Part shown: in pieces, positions 10,752-21,775 of the stretch
How the letters are laid out: every line of letters begins with the position of its first letter
Numbering within the stretch: the first letter of the stretch is position 1
Assembly (NCBI GenBank): GCA_965261345.1
Contig: OZ253449.1
Coordinates: forward strand, 1,376,001-1,440,000
Direction of reading: 5' to 3'
Length of the DNA stretch: 64,000 bases
Source: Chloroflexota bacterium
GTDB lineage: Bacteria > Chloroflexota > UBA11872 > VXNJ01
Program-made: the position numbers and the translations under genes
The notes under the pieces: model-generated
Told to the model about the DNA's origin: nothing
What the model saw: only the letters and a program-made list of their open reading frames with translations
The model's database searches: none

Positions 10752-11478
10752 ATGACCAGCGACGCGCGTCCAGACGGACCTCAGATCTGGCTCCAGGGAG
10801 ATCCCGAGGAACTGCGGGACATGTTGCCGCTCGGGATTGCAGGCCTGGTCACTAACAACCTGATCCTGCGCGACATGACACAGAAATATGCCGACCTGCG
10901 CTCTCTCCTTGGTCGCTACCTTGGAACTCGATCCGAACGCGCTGGTCGTGGAGGTGGACGGCAGCACCTACGAGGAATTCCTTTATGCGGCCGAGGTGGC
11001 CAGTGAACTGTCGGAGAAAGTGATCGTAAAAGTGGTCACCAAGCCGATTGGGATCCGCGCCCTCGCGACACTCAATTCACGCGGCGTGCGCACCATGGCT
11101 ACGACCGTTTTTTCGCTGAACCAGGCAGTGATGATGGCCGCCGCGGGAGCAAACTGGGTCGCGCCGTTTGTTGGGCCGACTCATGCCGGTGGTAACGATG
11201 CCTTCGCACTGGTCAAGCAAATCTCTGAGGCATTTCGTGGCCGTCCGAGGCCCCCCGGCATCATGGGTGGCATCATCCGCGACCCGGCCCACGCCCAGCT
11301 TGCATATTCGGCCGGTGCCGATGCGATCGTAACGTTCCCCAACGTGTACTGGGACATGCTCAAGCACCCCGGAACCGACGAGTGGAATTCGACCTTCCGG
11401 AAGGCGTGGGCGGAAATGGAGGACCGCGGTCAACTGACCGGATTCCTGCGCGGCGAGGTTCCCGTGCCCATCGCCTAG
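10752..11478 (+). CDS. Transaldolase/fructose-6-phosphate aldolase family protein, +1 frameshift near 10921
   Basis: GLVTNN, VIVKV (Schiff-base Lys), TTVFSLNQAVMMAAAGANWVAPFVG; GGAGG RBS; removing one T restores RYLELDP. Confidence 0.8.
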
Positions 11479-11699
11479 GCGGCGCTTCGAGCTGCAGATC
11501 AAATCGCCGCGGCGTAAGCGCAATGAGGGCGCCGAGGCACCGGCAATCCAAGTAAATCCCCTCGCCGCAATCGATACATGTGGTTTGTCCAACGAGTGGC
11601 TCACGAACGCGATGGCTGCATCTGGGCTGCACCGGCAGCGGTCCCAGGAGTGGGCAGGACCTAACTGATCGAAGTGCAAGGGGTCGGTGATCGTGCCGG

Positions 11700-11845
11700 T
11701 GGTTCTTCCGGGTAGTTGACGCCGCCTACGAACGGCGCTCGGTGGCCGTCTCCTCGAACTTGCATCCATCGGGCTTTGACGAGATCCTGCCCAAATCACT
11801 GGCCAATGCGACCGTGGACAGACTACTCCACCACGCCCATGCAGA
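11700..11845 (+). mobile_element. istB: Relic of IS21-family istB (3' fragment)
   Basis: FFRVVDAAYERRSVAVSSNLHPSGFDEILPKSLANATVDRLLHHAH closely matches the IstB C-terminus at 60827..61033. Confidence 0.8.
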
Positions 11846-11974
11846 GGTAAATCCGCGATCGCAGTTGATCAGTTCGTTTACTCTGCCGGGCCAATCGTTG
11901 CAACCGCATCAAGAACGCGTGCATTTGCCGCCAGCGCAGCGTCCACCGGTAACCCATACTTCCGGCTGTGGTAC

Positions 11975-12785
11975 CTAGGGTTTCTTGGCCAGGGCCTCGC
12001 CGAATGCGTAGCCAGCGAATGCATCGGGCTGAGTGCGCCATCGCTGCAGGGCCGCCCGCCAGGCGTCGGTCTGGAACTTTTCGAGTAACCCGTGGCTGGC
12101 CGCCGCCGCGACGTCTTTTGAGAGGAACCATTCGGAAAGGAAGCTGAACACTGAATCGATCTCGGCCGGAGTGCTGGAGGTGTCAAATGACGCGGAGGGG
12201 CAGATATCGCAAAACCCGGCGCGATTGAGCACGGCCTTCAAATCCCGTCCCATTTCCGGGTGGCCTCCGTTTGCCGCAAGGAGTGCAGCGAAGGCGGACC
12301 ACACCGCATCGGAGGTGCCTTGGTCGGGTGCCAGAAACGACGAACCGGCGCTCAGCTCGCGGCCGGCAATTGTTCCGCCGGGCTTTAAAACTCGTTTGAT
12401 CTCGGCTAGAACCGCGCCGGGGTCGGGTACGTGCATGAGCAGGGCATGGCAGTGCGCGACATCGAAGTAATCGGACTCAAACCGCAGATCGGTTGCGTCG
12501 CCCACTTCGAAGGTGGCATTGTCTAATCGGGCCGCCCTAGCGGCGGCGCGGGCCAGATCGATCTGTGACGCTTCGAAATCGACGCCGAAAAATTTCCCGG
12601 GACTTACCGCCTGCGCCAACCCGATAGAGATTGATCCGGGCCCACAGCCAAAGTCCAGCAGCCGCATGCCGGGTTCAAGGTACGGCAAGAGATAGGCGGC
12701 GTTGCTGGCGGCGCTCAAGGACCTGGCGCCATTGATCGCCGTACCCCATCGTGTAGCCGGTCGGCTCGTTGCGGACCCTGCTCAT
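11975..12785 (-). CDS. Class I SAM-dependent methyltransferase (UbiE-like), frameshift near 12715
   Basis: LLDFGCGPG, GDATDLRF, HALLMHVPDP, RVLKPGG; upstream frame MSRVRNEPTGYTMGYGDQWRQVLERR joins after a small indel. Confidence 0.85.
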
Positions 12786-13049
12786 TTGCGGTTGCCGCTG
12801 CGGGAGAAGAGGCCGAATCCGATGTGATCAAACGCAATACAACGAAAATCCGATCGCCGGCGCTTGATGAGTTCCCAGAACTCGAACGACCAGGCCGGAT
12901 TCCCGTGAACGTAAATTATGGCCGGTCCGTCGCCTTCGTCCCCGTAGCGCGCCAGGTGGCCATCCGGTGTGGCGAAGAACCGACTGGCAAACGGAAACAA
13001 GGTTATCCGACAACCAATTTGACCGATTCGCGGGTTGCGCAATTGCCAT
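12782..13049 (-). pseudogene. N-terminal fragment of an alpha/beta hydrolase (haloalkane dehalogenase/OleB-like)
   Basis: NWLSDN/LFPFASRFF (frameshift), DEGDGPAIIYVHGNPAWSF, RCIAFDHIGFG, then stop. Confidence 0.8.
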
Positions 13050-13113
13050 ACGCCGGAAATGCGTCTTTCAGGGGAGGCGGCCACGAATATTAAGTCATTC
13101 AAAACGCTTGCAA

Positions 13114-13992
13114 TCAACCGGGTTTTGCAGCGTTCACCAGGCTGTAGATTTCTCGCGCTGATTCGCTCCCGTCATCGCAGGCTTTCGCCCAGCCGGCTAC
13201 ATCGGCCCCGAAGACTTCGTCCCTGATCGCGACCGAGGTCCCACGGCCGAGTAGGAATCGGACCATTTCAAGACGCCTGAACTGGATCGCAAAGTGCAGC
13301 GCGGTTGTGTTCTTGTAGGGGCGGGAATCCACATCCACGCCGATGTCCAGCAGAAAGCTAGCAACGCTGTGACGGTCATTTAGAGCGGCGAAGACGAATG
13401 CTTCGCCTATGACCTCCGCATCGTCGGGAGATGAGGGTTCTGCGGGAGGCCGGCCGACTGCGGCCCAATTGGGACGGTAAGGTCCGGCATCCCGGCGCAG
13501 TAAACAACTATTTGAGACCCAATCCTTGACCACGTCCAGCTGCCCGGTTGCCGCCGCCAACCACAGCGACGGCCGGTGCAGCCCACGCTCGTTGAGCACG
13601 TCGGCGGCTTCGATCGAACTGTGCATGGCCGCCGATTCGAGCGCGGTGATGCCGGCATCGGCGCGCGCCCTGGGATCGGCGCCGGCGGCCAGAAGCTGGC
13701 GGCAAAGGTCGGGGAGGTTCCAGCAACCGGCCAGATTCAGGGCTCGATCCAATTCCGCGCCCGCCGCAATCAACACCGCGACGATCTCCCGTCGCGGCGG
13801 CGCGAAATCGGGCTGGGTCAGCCATTCGAGGATCGTATTTTCCCGGGCTTTGGCCCGCACCACCTCCGGATTCGCATTCAGGATGTTGAGGAGCTGTACG
13901 AGATCTCCGCTACGGGCTGCCCGAAGTGCCCGGGCCACCAATCGGTATTCGGATCCGGCGCCGATGCTCCGGAGCAGTTCGAATAGATTCAC
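13114..13992 (-). CDS. Ankyrin-repeat protein
   Basis: AGITALESAA, LLAAGADP, NTTALHFAIQFRRLEMVRFLLGRG; start uncertain (GTG 13992 with GAAGGGGA upstream; ORF is open to 14082). Confidence 0.85.
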   Translation of the reverse strand: MNLFELLRSIGAGSEYRLVARALRAARSGDLVQLLNILNANPEVVRAKARENTILEWLTQPDFAPPRREIVAVLIAAGAELDRALNLAGCWNLPDLCRQLLAAGADPRARADAGITALESAAMHSSIEAADVLNERGLHRPSLWLAAATGQLDVVKDWVSNSCLLRRDAGPYRPNWAAVGRPPAEPSSPDDAEVIGEAFVFAALNDRHSVASFLLDIGVDVDSRPYKNTTALHFAIQFRRLEMVRFLLGRGTSVAIRDEVFGADVAGWAKACDDGSESAREIYSLVNAAKPG

Positions 13993-14143
13993 GCCGGCCC
14001 GGGTCCCCTTCGACAACCAATTTGGCCCAAACGAGAATCCGTGCCCAGCATTGGTCGCGCCGAGATACGAGGTTCTTGCCACAACTCCCGGAAATCGAGT
14101 CCTGCCCGCGTCGACAGATTCGACATCGGGCTGCGACTGACGG

Positions 14144-17100
14144 TCACGTCTCCGGCGCAGCCATCTCTATGAAACGGGCGAGTGCGTTGGCCAGCCGCAT
14201 TTGCCTCGGGGTGCGGCAACGGACCTGCAGCAAATTGCGATTTCCCGCCACGACCGCCAGGCACTGCGCCCGGCTGGTGGCAACGTTCAAGCGATTCAGG
14301 TTGTAGAGGAATTCCATCCCGCGCGGGGCTTCGGCGGCACTGCTGCTGGCCATCGAGTAGATCGAGATCGGGGCCTCCTGGCCCTGGAATTTGTCCACTG
14401 TCCCGACTCGCAGTCCCGGCAATGCGGCGCTGATTTCGGCCACCTGCGCGTTGTAGGGCGTGATCACGAGAATGTCGGACCTGGTTATCGGATGTCGATC
14501 CCCATTCGCATCGGTGTACGTGGCCCCCGAACCAAGCAATGCTTCGATCAACCCGGCAATCGCCAGTGCTTCTTCGGGCGATGAGTTCGAATGCCCTTCG
14601 TGCGACACGGAGACAAAGCGGATGCCCGTTCCAGATAACGGCGCACATCCCTCAAGCGAAAGGCGTTCGCGCCCGGGATGCGAACGCAACCGCCCCTCGT
14701 AGAAGACCTCTGATGTATACGCGCTAATGTCCGGATGCAATCGCCAACTGCCATCTAAGAAGATGCCGCGGTCGACCGGCATTACCCGTTCACCGTCAAG
14801 CACATGGCCCAGCGCCGACCGCTCCGCGCCCGGAGGGTGCACACCCTTGAGCGGCTGATTGAGCTGTTGCGGGTCACCGAGCAGGACCAGGTTCTGCGCA
14901 CAGGTTGATGCGGCCAGGGCATCGGCCAGGGACATCTGCCCGGCCTCATCGATTACGAGAACGTCCACACTGGATTCGACGTCTTCACGGGCCCAGAGCC
15001 AGGTAGTGGCGCCGATCACGTCGAACGATCGGGTTTGGAGCGAGGCCACGGCGCGATCCGTGTTCAGCGGCGTCGCCGCCGGTATAGTCGCATCTTCGCC
15101 TGACCGCTGGCCAATCCTTAGTTGGACGCCGCGTGTTTCGGCCTCCCTGGCCACTTTGGCCAAGAGCTCACCAAAAACCTTGTGGCTGCCCGCGGTCACT
15201 CCGACGCTTTTTCCCGCCTGAACCAGGTCGACGATCAACTCGGCGCCGATCGTGCTCTTGCCGGACCCGGGCGGCCCCTGGATTGCCAGGTAGCTGCGGT
15301 CCATCTCCGATGCCAGGCGCCGGGCCGCAGCCGGAGCATCTTCGCCGGGCTTTGCCAACGATTGGCCGGGTGCCTGCCCGAACTTGGGCGGACGGTGCCG
15401 CAGGAGGTCGCGCCCCGCCTGGTTGGGGCCGGGCGCCTCGATGCTATTTGCGAGCACCCAACTTGCAAGGCGTCGCAGGCTATCTGGTTTTGGTGTTGCC
15501 CTAACCAAATCGTGGGCGATTAAGGAACTGGGCCTGGGCGCGGGGCGGTTGCTCGCACGCTTGATATCGATCAGGCCAGCTTCATCGTTAACGTCAACGA
15601 CCGTGCCGACAGAAGATCCGGTCTCGGGATCATGCGGACTGCTACCAGGTTTGATGTCGTGGTCCTGCGGTGGGAACCGAAAACGGTAGATGGTTGAGCG
15701 GGACCTTGGGGCGGGGTCGGCCCGGGACCCTGAAAAGACAAGTTCGCCGAGGGCGTCGATTTCCTCGCGGCGATCTGTGTCGGAGAGTTCGTTGAGCAGG
15801 TAGAAGTACCGCCACCAGAAGCCCTTGTCCTCCCGTCGGTGCCAGTTGAGCAGGTGCGCCAACAGCCACTTGGCATGCTGGTCGCCATCCATCTCGTCTA
15901 AGACTTCGGGCAAGCCGTCGACTAAGGCTTCGGCCAGGCGGTTTACCTCTTGCTGAGCCTCCGAATCGATCGTTTCTTCGACTGCCGGTACGACCGGTCG
16001 CGGCAGATCGACGTCGAGGCCTTGTTCCAACCCGGATCGCTGTTGCTCGAGCCAATCCCGCAGCAGAAAAGTCGAATGGCAATCGTCGCGGTTGTACTGC
16101 TCGATGGCCGAGCGAAGTTCCTCGCGCCCGCCTTCGTTTTCGAGCTCGAGCCACGTTTCAAAATTGACGATGCTCTGGCCGGCTTCGCGCAGATCGATTT
16201 GCCGTAAGTACCCATAGAGCGGCTCAAGGCGCTTGATCGAGTAACTTTCGACCGATGCCCGGATCCCCTGGCGCACGGTCCGGTAAAGGTCTACGAATAC
16301 CCTCCCGCGCAGTAGGCGATCGACCTCTTCTTCGCGCGTACCGTATCGTCCAGACAGGCTCTTTACTGTGTTTGGTTCATACGGAGCGTAGTGGTACACG
16401 TGCATGTGTGGATCGGCCTCGAGGCGATCTGTAACCAGATCGACAAATGCCTCAAAGGCCCTCCGTTCGCCGGCCGATGTGACCGTCCCCTGATCAATCG
16501 CCCAGTGAGCATGGAAGCTTGGCGCGCCTTCGGCGTCGGGTCGCCCTGGCTCAAGCACGCCGAATAAATAATCGATCCCATCGCCGTCGGCGGACTCAAA
16601 AAACGGATCGCCTTCAAAGTCGACGAACAGGTCGCCTAGGGACGGCTCGGGGAGCATTAAGAGTCCGTGGTCGGAGTCCAGCTCTCCGTCGCGGTCGCGC
16701 GCTGGAGTTAAACGTTCGGAGATTACCGCCCCGCGCTTTTCGCCGCGCACCTGGATTTCGGCTTGGTCGCGAGCCCTAATCAGCGAGGTGCGACCAACGC
16801 CCTCGATCTCGTTTGCCGCGGCATTGGACAGGTGGGCCAGGCCGGTCCTGGTCGTGATGTTGGACTCGCGCAGCGTTCGCCGGTGTCGTGTGTGCAGGTT
16901 CGCCACCAGTGCGAGATCATCTACGGTGCGCCAGTGGGCGCGACATCCCTGACTCCATCGGCAGACCTCGCAGTGTCCCACCGGCTCGGGCTCAGATTCC
17001 AGCGGAAAAATGGGTTCCCCGCCGAGGAAGTCCTCAAACGATCTGGTAACGAGGCGGTAGTAGGCCGCGTAATCGGTCACCCGGAATGAGACCGTTTCGC

Positions 17101-17641
17101 GTGCGATGCCGCCGAGTGCAAGGTGCATGTGTTCCGGTTGGCGCCCCTGGATTGCTTCGACCATTTCCGAATACATGCACAGTTGCAGCACCGCCGATGC
17201 CTTGGCATGCCGGGCGAGTTTGGTGTCCCAGACCTCATAACTCCACTCGCCGAGGTCGCTGGGCGTTGCAACGCGACGCAGGAAGTCGGCGATCCCGACG
17301 CGCCGACCGTCAAATAGCACCGCCTGGTACACCACCTTGGCGCCGGCCCGCATCGCCGCCAGGGTGGCATCGCTTCCCAATCTGATCTGCTGTCCGTACG
17401 GTAGGGATTCGACTCGGTCGATCGCGGTGACTTCGACACCGGATTTTTCTAACGAATCGCGAAATCTCTGCTCATGTAGTTCGCCCCGCTTGGCGATTCG
17501 ATCCAGCACCGGGTCGTCGATATTCGGCCTTGAAAAGTGGCCGGCGGCCGCAGCCCGCTCGAGGTGAGAAAGGTGGCCGCATTCGAGGTAGCCGACAAGA
17601 TCGGTCGCCGAATAGACGAACCCATTGCCGCTAAGGCGCAT
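14144..17641 (-). CDS. TM0106-family RecB-like nuclease fused to an RNase H-like domain and an SF1 (DNA2/UPF1-like) helicase
   Basis: GIADFL...YEVWDTKLA..QLCMY (PD-(D/E)xK), DFEGDP..YNRDDC (RNase H-like), IQGPPGSGKS (Walker A), IDEAGQ, GDPQQL, ITPYNAQ, TVDKFQGQE, NRLNVATSRA. Confidence 0.92.
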   Translation of the reverse strand: MRLSGNGFVYSATDLVGYLECGHLSHLERAAAAGHFSRPNIDDPVLDRIAKRGELHEQRFRDSLEKSGVEVTAIDRVESLPYGQQIRLGSDATLAAMRAGAKVVYQAVLFDGRRVGIADFLRRVATPSDLGEWSYEVWDTKLARHAKASAVLQLCMYSEMVEAIQGRQPEHMHLALGGIARETVSFRVTDYAAYYRLVTRSFEDFLGGEPIFPLESEPEPVGHCEVCRWSQGCRAHWRTVDDLALVANLHTRHRRTLRESNITTRTGLAHLSNAAANEIEGVGRTSLIRARDQAEIQVRGEKRGAVISERLTPARDRDGELDSDHGLLMLPEPSLGDLFVDFEGDPFFESADGDGIDYLFGVLEPGRPDAEGAPSFHAHWAIDQGTVTSAGERRAFEAFVDLVTDRLEADPHMHVYHYAPYEPNTVKSLSGRYGTREEEVDRLLRGRVFVDLYRTVRQGIRASVESYSIKRLEPLYGYLRQIDLREAGQSIVNFETWLELENEGGREELRSAIEQYNRDDCHSTFLLRDWLEQQRSGLEQGLDVDLPRPVVPAVEETIDSEAQQEVNRLAEALVDGLPEVLDEMDGDQHAKWLLAHLLNWHRREDKGFWWRYFYLLNELSDTDRREEIDALGELVFSGSRADPAPRSRSTIYRFRFPPQDHDIKPGSSPHDPETGSSVGTVVDVNDEAGLIDIKRASNRPAPRPSSLIAHDLVRATPKPDSLRRLASWVLANSIEAPGPNQAGRDLLRHRPPKFGQAPGQSLAKPGEDAPAAARRLASEMDRSYLAIQGPPGSGKSTIGAELIVDLVQAGKSVGVTAGSHKVFGELLAKVAREAETRGVQLRIGQRSGEDATIPAATPLNTDRAVASLQTRSFDVIGATTWLWAREDVESSVDVLVIDEAGQMSLADALAASTCAQNLVLLGDPQQLNQPLKGVHPPGAERSALGHVLDGERVMPVDRGIFLDGSWRLHPDISAYTSEVFYEGRLRSHPGRERLSLEGCAPLSGTGIRFVSVSHEGHSNSSPEEALAIAGLIEALLGSGATYTDANGDRHPITRSDILVITPYNAQVAEISAALPGLRVGTVDKFQGQEAPISIYSMASSSAAEAPRGMEFLYNLNRLNVATSRAQCLAVVAGNRNLLQVRCRTPRQMRLANALARFIEMAAPET

Positions 17642-17946
17642 CGCCTAGTCCCTGCTCAATCCAACTGCGGAAGGCAATTCCATATGATCCTTGGATTGGA
17701 ATTCCTGCCCAGGACCAATCCATTGGAATTCCGGCCGTCTTCGATGCAATACCAACTGTGCCTCAATCAAAAGCCTGGGCGCCAGCAAAGGGGGTGCGGC
17801 ATGTCCGCCGTGCACCAATCGGCAAAATGGGTGCAATTGAGGAAGTTGGAATCCGGCAGGATTCATTTACACGTGCTTTTACTCGGTAAAGTTTTGATTG
17901 CTGGCTGATGCTGGCCTAGCTCCCGACGCTGGGCGATGTTTAAGCG

Positions 17947-20308
17947 TTACAGTTTCGATTCTTCTAGCGGCGCAACCGTGAGATCAGCGATGGTGGTCAT
18001 TTGTGCCCCGAACCCTGCGCCTTCGACCAGCACCCGCACCAGGGTCGCATCCTCCGGAATCTGAAATGAGACCCAACCGCGAACACGTTGTCCGGTAGCC
18101 AGGCTGCCGTAGCCGAACTCGGGATTAATGTCAGCACCCCCGTCCTGGCTGTAAACGTATCCATCGGCGTCTTGGACGCTGAAGTCGAAGTAGCTGAAGC
18201 CCACGCCGTCCTCTACGCCGGTCTGAGTGACGTCAACGGCGACGAATCGGTTGCCCTCATCAACTCCGGCGTAACCGGGCGGCACCGGGTCGCGCACCTC
18301 ATGCACGATATAGGAGCTTCCCTCAAACCGGACAGTTGAGCCAATCGGGATTTGGTCGGTCGGCGTTGCCACGGGCGCGGCCTCGGTTGCGCCGACCGAT
18401 TCTTCTAGCGGCGCAACCGTGAGATCAGCGATGGTGGTCATTTGTGCCCCGAACCCTGCGCCTTCGACCAGCACCCGCACCAGGGTCGCATCCTCCGGAA
18501 TCTGAAATGAGACCCAACCGCGAACACGTTGTCCGGTAGCCAGGCTGCCGTAGCCGAACTCGGGATTAATGTCAGCACCCCCGTCCTGGCTGTAAACGTA
18601 TCCATCGGCGTCTTGGACGCTGAAGTCGAAGTAGCTGAAGCCCACGCCGTCCTCTACGCCGGTCTGAGTGACGTCAACGGCGACGAATCGGTTGCCCTCA
18701 TCAACTCCGGCGTAACCGGGCGGCACCGGGTCGCGCACCTCATGCACGATATAGGAGCTTCCCTCAAACCGGACAGTTGAGCCAATCGGGATTTGGTCGG
18801 TCGGCGTTGCCACGGGCGCGGCCTCGGTTGCGCCGACCGGCACCAGGGTCGCATCCTCGGCGAAATGAGACCCAACCGCGAACACGTTGTCCGGTAGCCA
18901 GGCTGCCGTAGCCGAACTCGGGATTAATGTCAGCACCCCCGTCCTGGCTGTAAACGTATCCATCGGCGTCTTGGACGCTGAAGTCGAAGTAGCTGAAGCC
19001 CACGCCGTCCTCTACGCCGGTCTGAGTGACGTCAACGGCGACGAATCGGTTGCCCTCATCAACTCCGGCGTAACCGGGCGGCACCGGGTCGCGCACCTCA
19101 TGCACGATATAGGAGCTTCCCTCAAACCGGACAGTTGAGCCAATCGGGATTTGGTCGGTCGGCGTTGCCACGGGCGCGGCCTCGGTTGCGCCGACCGGGG
19201 TTTCGGCGGGAGGAATTGTCGAGGCCTCGGATTCGATGGATTGATCGACTTGGAGCCAGGCCAGAACGACGCCCACTGGTACGGCTGCTTCGAGGCGTTC
19301 CGCTTCTGTATTGCTCCCTGAGTTGATGCCGATGATGTATCCGGAGCTGTTCATCAACGGCCCGCCGGAACTGCCCGGAGCTACATCTGCGCCGTGTTCA
19401 ATGTAGTAACCGTCTCGATAGCGTGCCAAATTTCTACTGGCGACGATTCCTTCCGTCACGACCGGATCGGAAACTACCCGGCTGCCCAGCCCGATTGCTC
19501 GGTTCCCGCCAGGATAACCGGCAGCAAGAACTACGTCCCCAACTTGCCATGAACCACCGAATCCAAGATCGATTGCCCCTGGTTGGACTGCCAGCCACGC
19601 CATCCCACCGAACATCTCGCCGTCCGAAAATCCATGCTCGATGATGGCCACGTCCGCGCTGTCAAATTCCGCCGAAACATTGCCGGTCACGCACCGTTGG
19701 ATGACCGGCCAGCAGATCCGAACCATTTCATGGTCGACGACGACATGCTTGTTGGTCACGATGACGAAATCAGGTATCGGCGCCTGAGGGTCGAATTCGC
19801 GGTTGAGAAAGAACCCGGATCCGGCGCCCGTGGGAGTTTCGATGTATACGGTCAAGGCGGCTACCAGCTTTTGCAAACCATCGTATTGGCTTAACGCACC
19901 TGAGTCAGGAAGCCCTGAGAATGGCGGCAGTTGCGGCGCCTCCGAATTTGCGCCGGTTTGGATTGCCGAAGCCGCATCGGGAAGTTGAGTGGCCAGCGGA
20001 GGCGAATTTGACCGGGAGTCTGAATCAGACTGACCCAACGATTCTGCGGATGATTGTTCCGCTTCTGTCCTAGTGCTCGCAGTCGACCCTGATGGAGCCT
20101 GATTTGGGGACGCAACGTTGGGCGAACTGTCTGCTGCACCAATTAGGCGCACCGCCAGCACAATCATCAAAATGCCTGCGTACGGCAACCAAGAATTTCT
20201 GTGAGTTCGTCCGAAGATGAACGGAATGGTCGCAAGCCACCCGGCGCTGGCGACAACTAGCGAAATGCGAAGCGCTTTGGGCCACCGCTTTGGATCCAAC
20301 ATGCTCAC
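17947..20308 (-). CDS. Membrane-anchored trypsin-like serine protease with tandem Ig-like (DUF4352-like) repeats; frameshift near 18860
   Basis: Two N-terminal hydrophobic segments; GSGFF, VTNKHVV, ADVAII, APGSSGGPL triad; repeats contain NRFVAVDVT..FSVQDADGYVY..GQRVRGWVSFQIP. Confidence 0.8.
17957..19197. repeat. Tandem coding repeat, 441-bp unit, two full copies plus one internally deleted copy
   Basis: CTTCTAGCGG at 17961 and 18402; identical 83-aa antisense ORFs at 18088, 18529 and 18887 (spacings 441 and 358 bp). Confidence 0.95.
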
Positions 20309-20659
20309 GCTTCCACCCTGGTGGAGGCTGATTCAAATCGGGGCTCGCCGAATTGTGATGGTGAAATTTGGGCCGGTACGAACGATCTCGCCACAATGCC
20401 GGACCACAATGATTTGGCGCGATGATTACCCAATTCCAAAGGCCGTTTGCGGAATGAGAGGAATAGTTTGCGATTCGACTCGCAACGCGCCCCCCTTCAG
20501 GCTCCGGGGCAACCGGAACGGTTATTTGTAGAGGGAACTAATCGCATACATATACACCATGGTGGTTGAGCGCGATTCCGTTCCGAAAAGAGACTTCGCG
20601 GGTTAGATCGGGCAAAAATGCGCAGATGCAAAGTCTCGACTAAAGATCAAGGCGCTTAC

Positions 20660-21650
20660 ATCTAACCGCCCCAACATCCTCTGGATCTGCACCGACCAAC
20701 AGCGCTGGGACGCCATGGAGGTCTACGGCAACGAGTGGGTCAATACACCCAACAGCTACCGCCTGACCTACCGCAGGATGACCTTCGATTGGCGCTACTC
20801 GCATGGTTCGGTCTGCACGCCGAGCCGTTCAAGCTTTCTAATCGGACGCTTTCCCTTGACTTGCCGGGGACGCCAGAACGGGGCCAACATACCCGCCGAT
20901 GAGGTCCTGATTACCAAGATATTGTCCGCTGGAGACTATTGTTGCGGCCTTTCCGGAAAACTCCACATTTCGGCCTGCAATGAGACCGCTGCACCCTTCG
21001 GCGAGCGCCGTAGTGATGACGGCTATGCGGTCTTTGACTGGTCGCACCACCCGGAGCGCAACTGGCCCAACGATCAGTGCGTTAACTGGCTCGGGGAAAA
21101 CGGCCGCAGCTTCGCGACCGAGCCATTCGGGGCAGCCCATACGTCCAGGCCGGCATGGACGCCGAATGGCACCAGACCAACCGGAGCGTTAACAAAGCCA
21201 TGGGCTTTATCAACTCGGGGACCGAATTCGATGATCCGTGGCTTTATTCGGTCAACATCTTCGACCCCACCAAAGCTTCGATACACCGCGCTACTATCTG
21301 GCGCTTCCCGTTGACCGGCTCGATGATCTGCCGCTGCCCAATTACGTCCATGGGAAGCTGGATAACAAATACGAATTCCAGCGAATCGACCACTGCGGAG
21401 CCTACGCCAGCCGCAAGGCGCACTTGTATCCGGAGATGTCGGATTACGTCACCGGTTGATCATGGTTGCCTACTAAGCCACGTGCGACCTCATTGACTTC
21501 CAGGTCGGTCGGCTCCTGGATCCTCTTGCGGCGTCCTGGCACGCCGAGAGCACAATCGTGATCTTCATGTCCGATCACGGCGAGATGCTCGGCGACCACG
21601 GCATCTTCTGGAAGGGCCCCAATCGTGTATGAATGTGCTCCGCGGGTGCC
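20660..21650 (+). pseudogene. Sulfatase pseudogene (several frameshifts, internal stop, truncated)
   Basis: NRPNILWICTDQQRWD, CTPSRSSFLIGR, GLSGKLH, VIFMSDHGEMLGDHG in different frames. Confidence 0.85.
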
Positions 21651-21775
21651 ATTCATTACGTCGTGGCTTGCGCACGTTCCTGTAAGGTGCAGGTTTCGAT
21701 GCCCATATCGAACTGTCGGATCGCAGATGACCCCACTAAACTTTTCGGCAAAACCCTGAACTGGAACGGGCGGGC

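Noticed and set aside
17957-19197. CRISPR array or diversity-generating retroelement template/variable repeat
   Set aside because: Units are 441-bp coding repeats without spacers or adenine-specific differences, and no reverse transcriptase or cas gene is present
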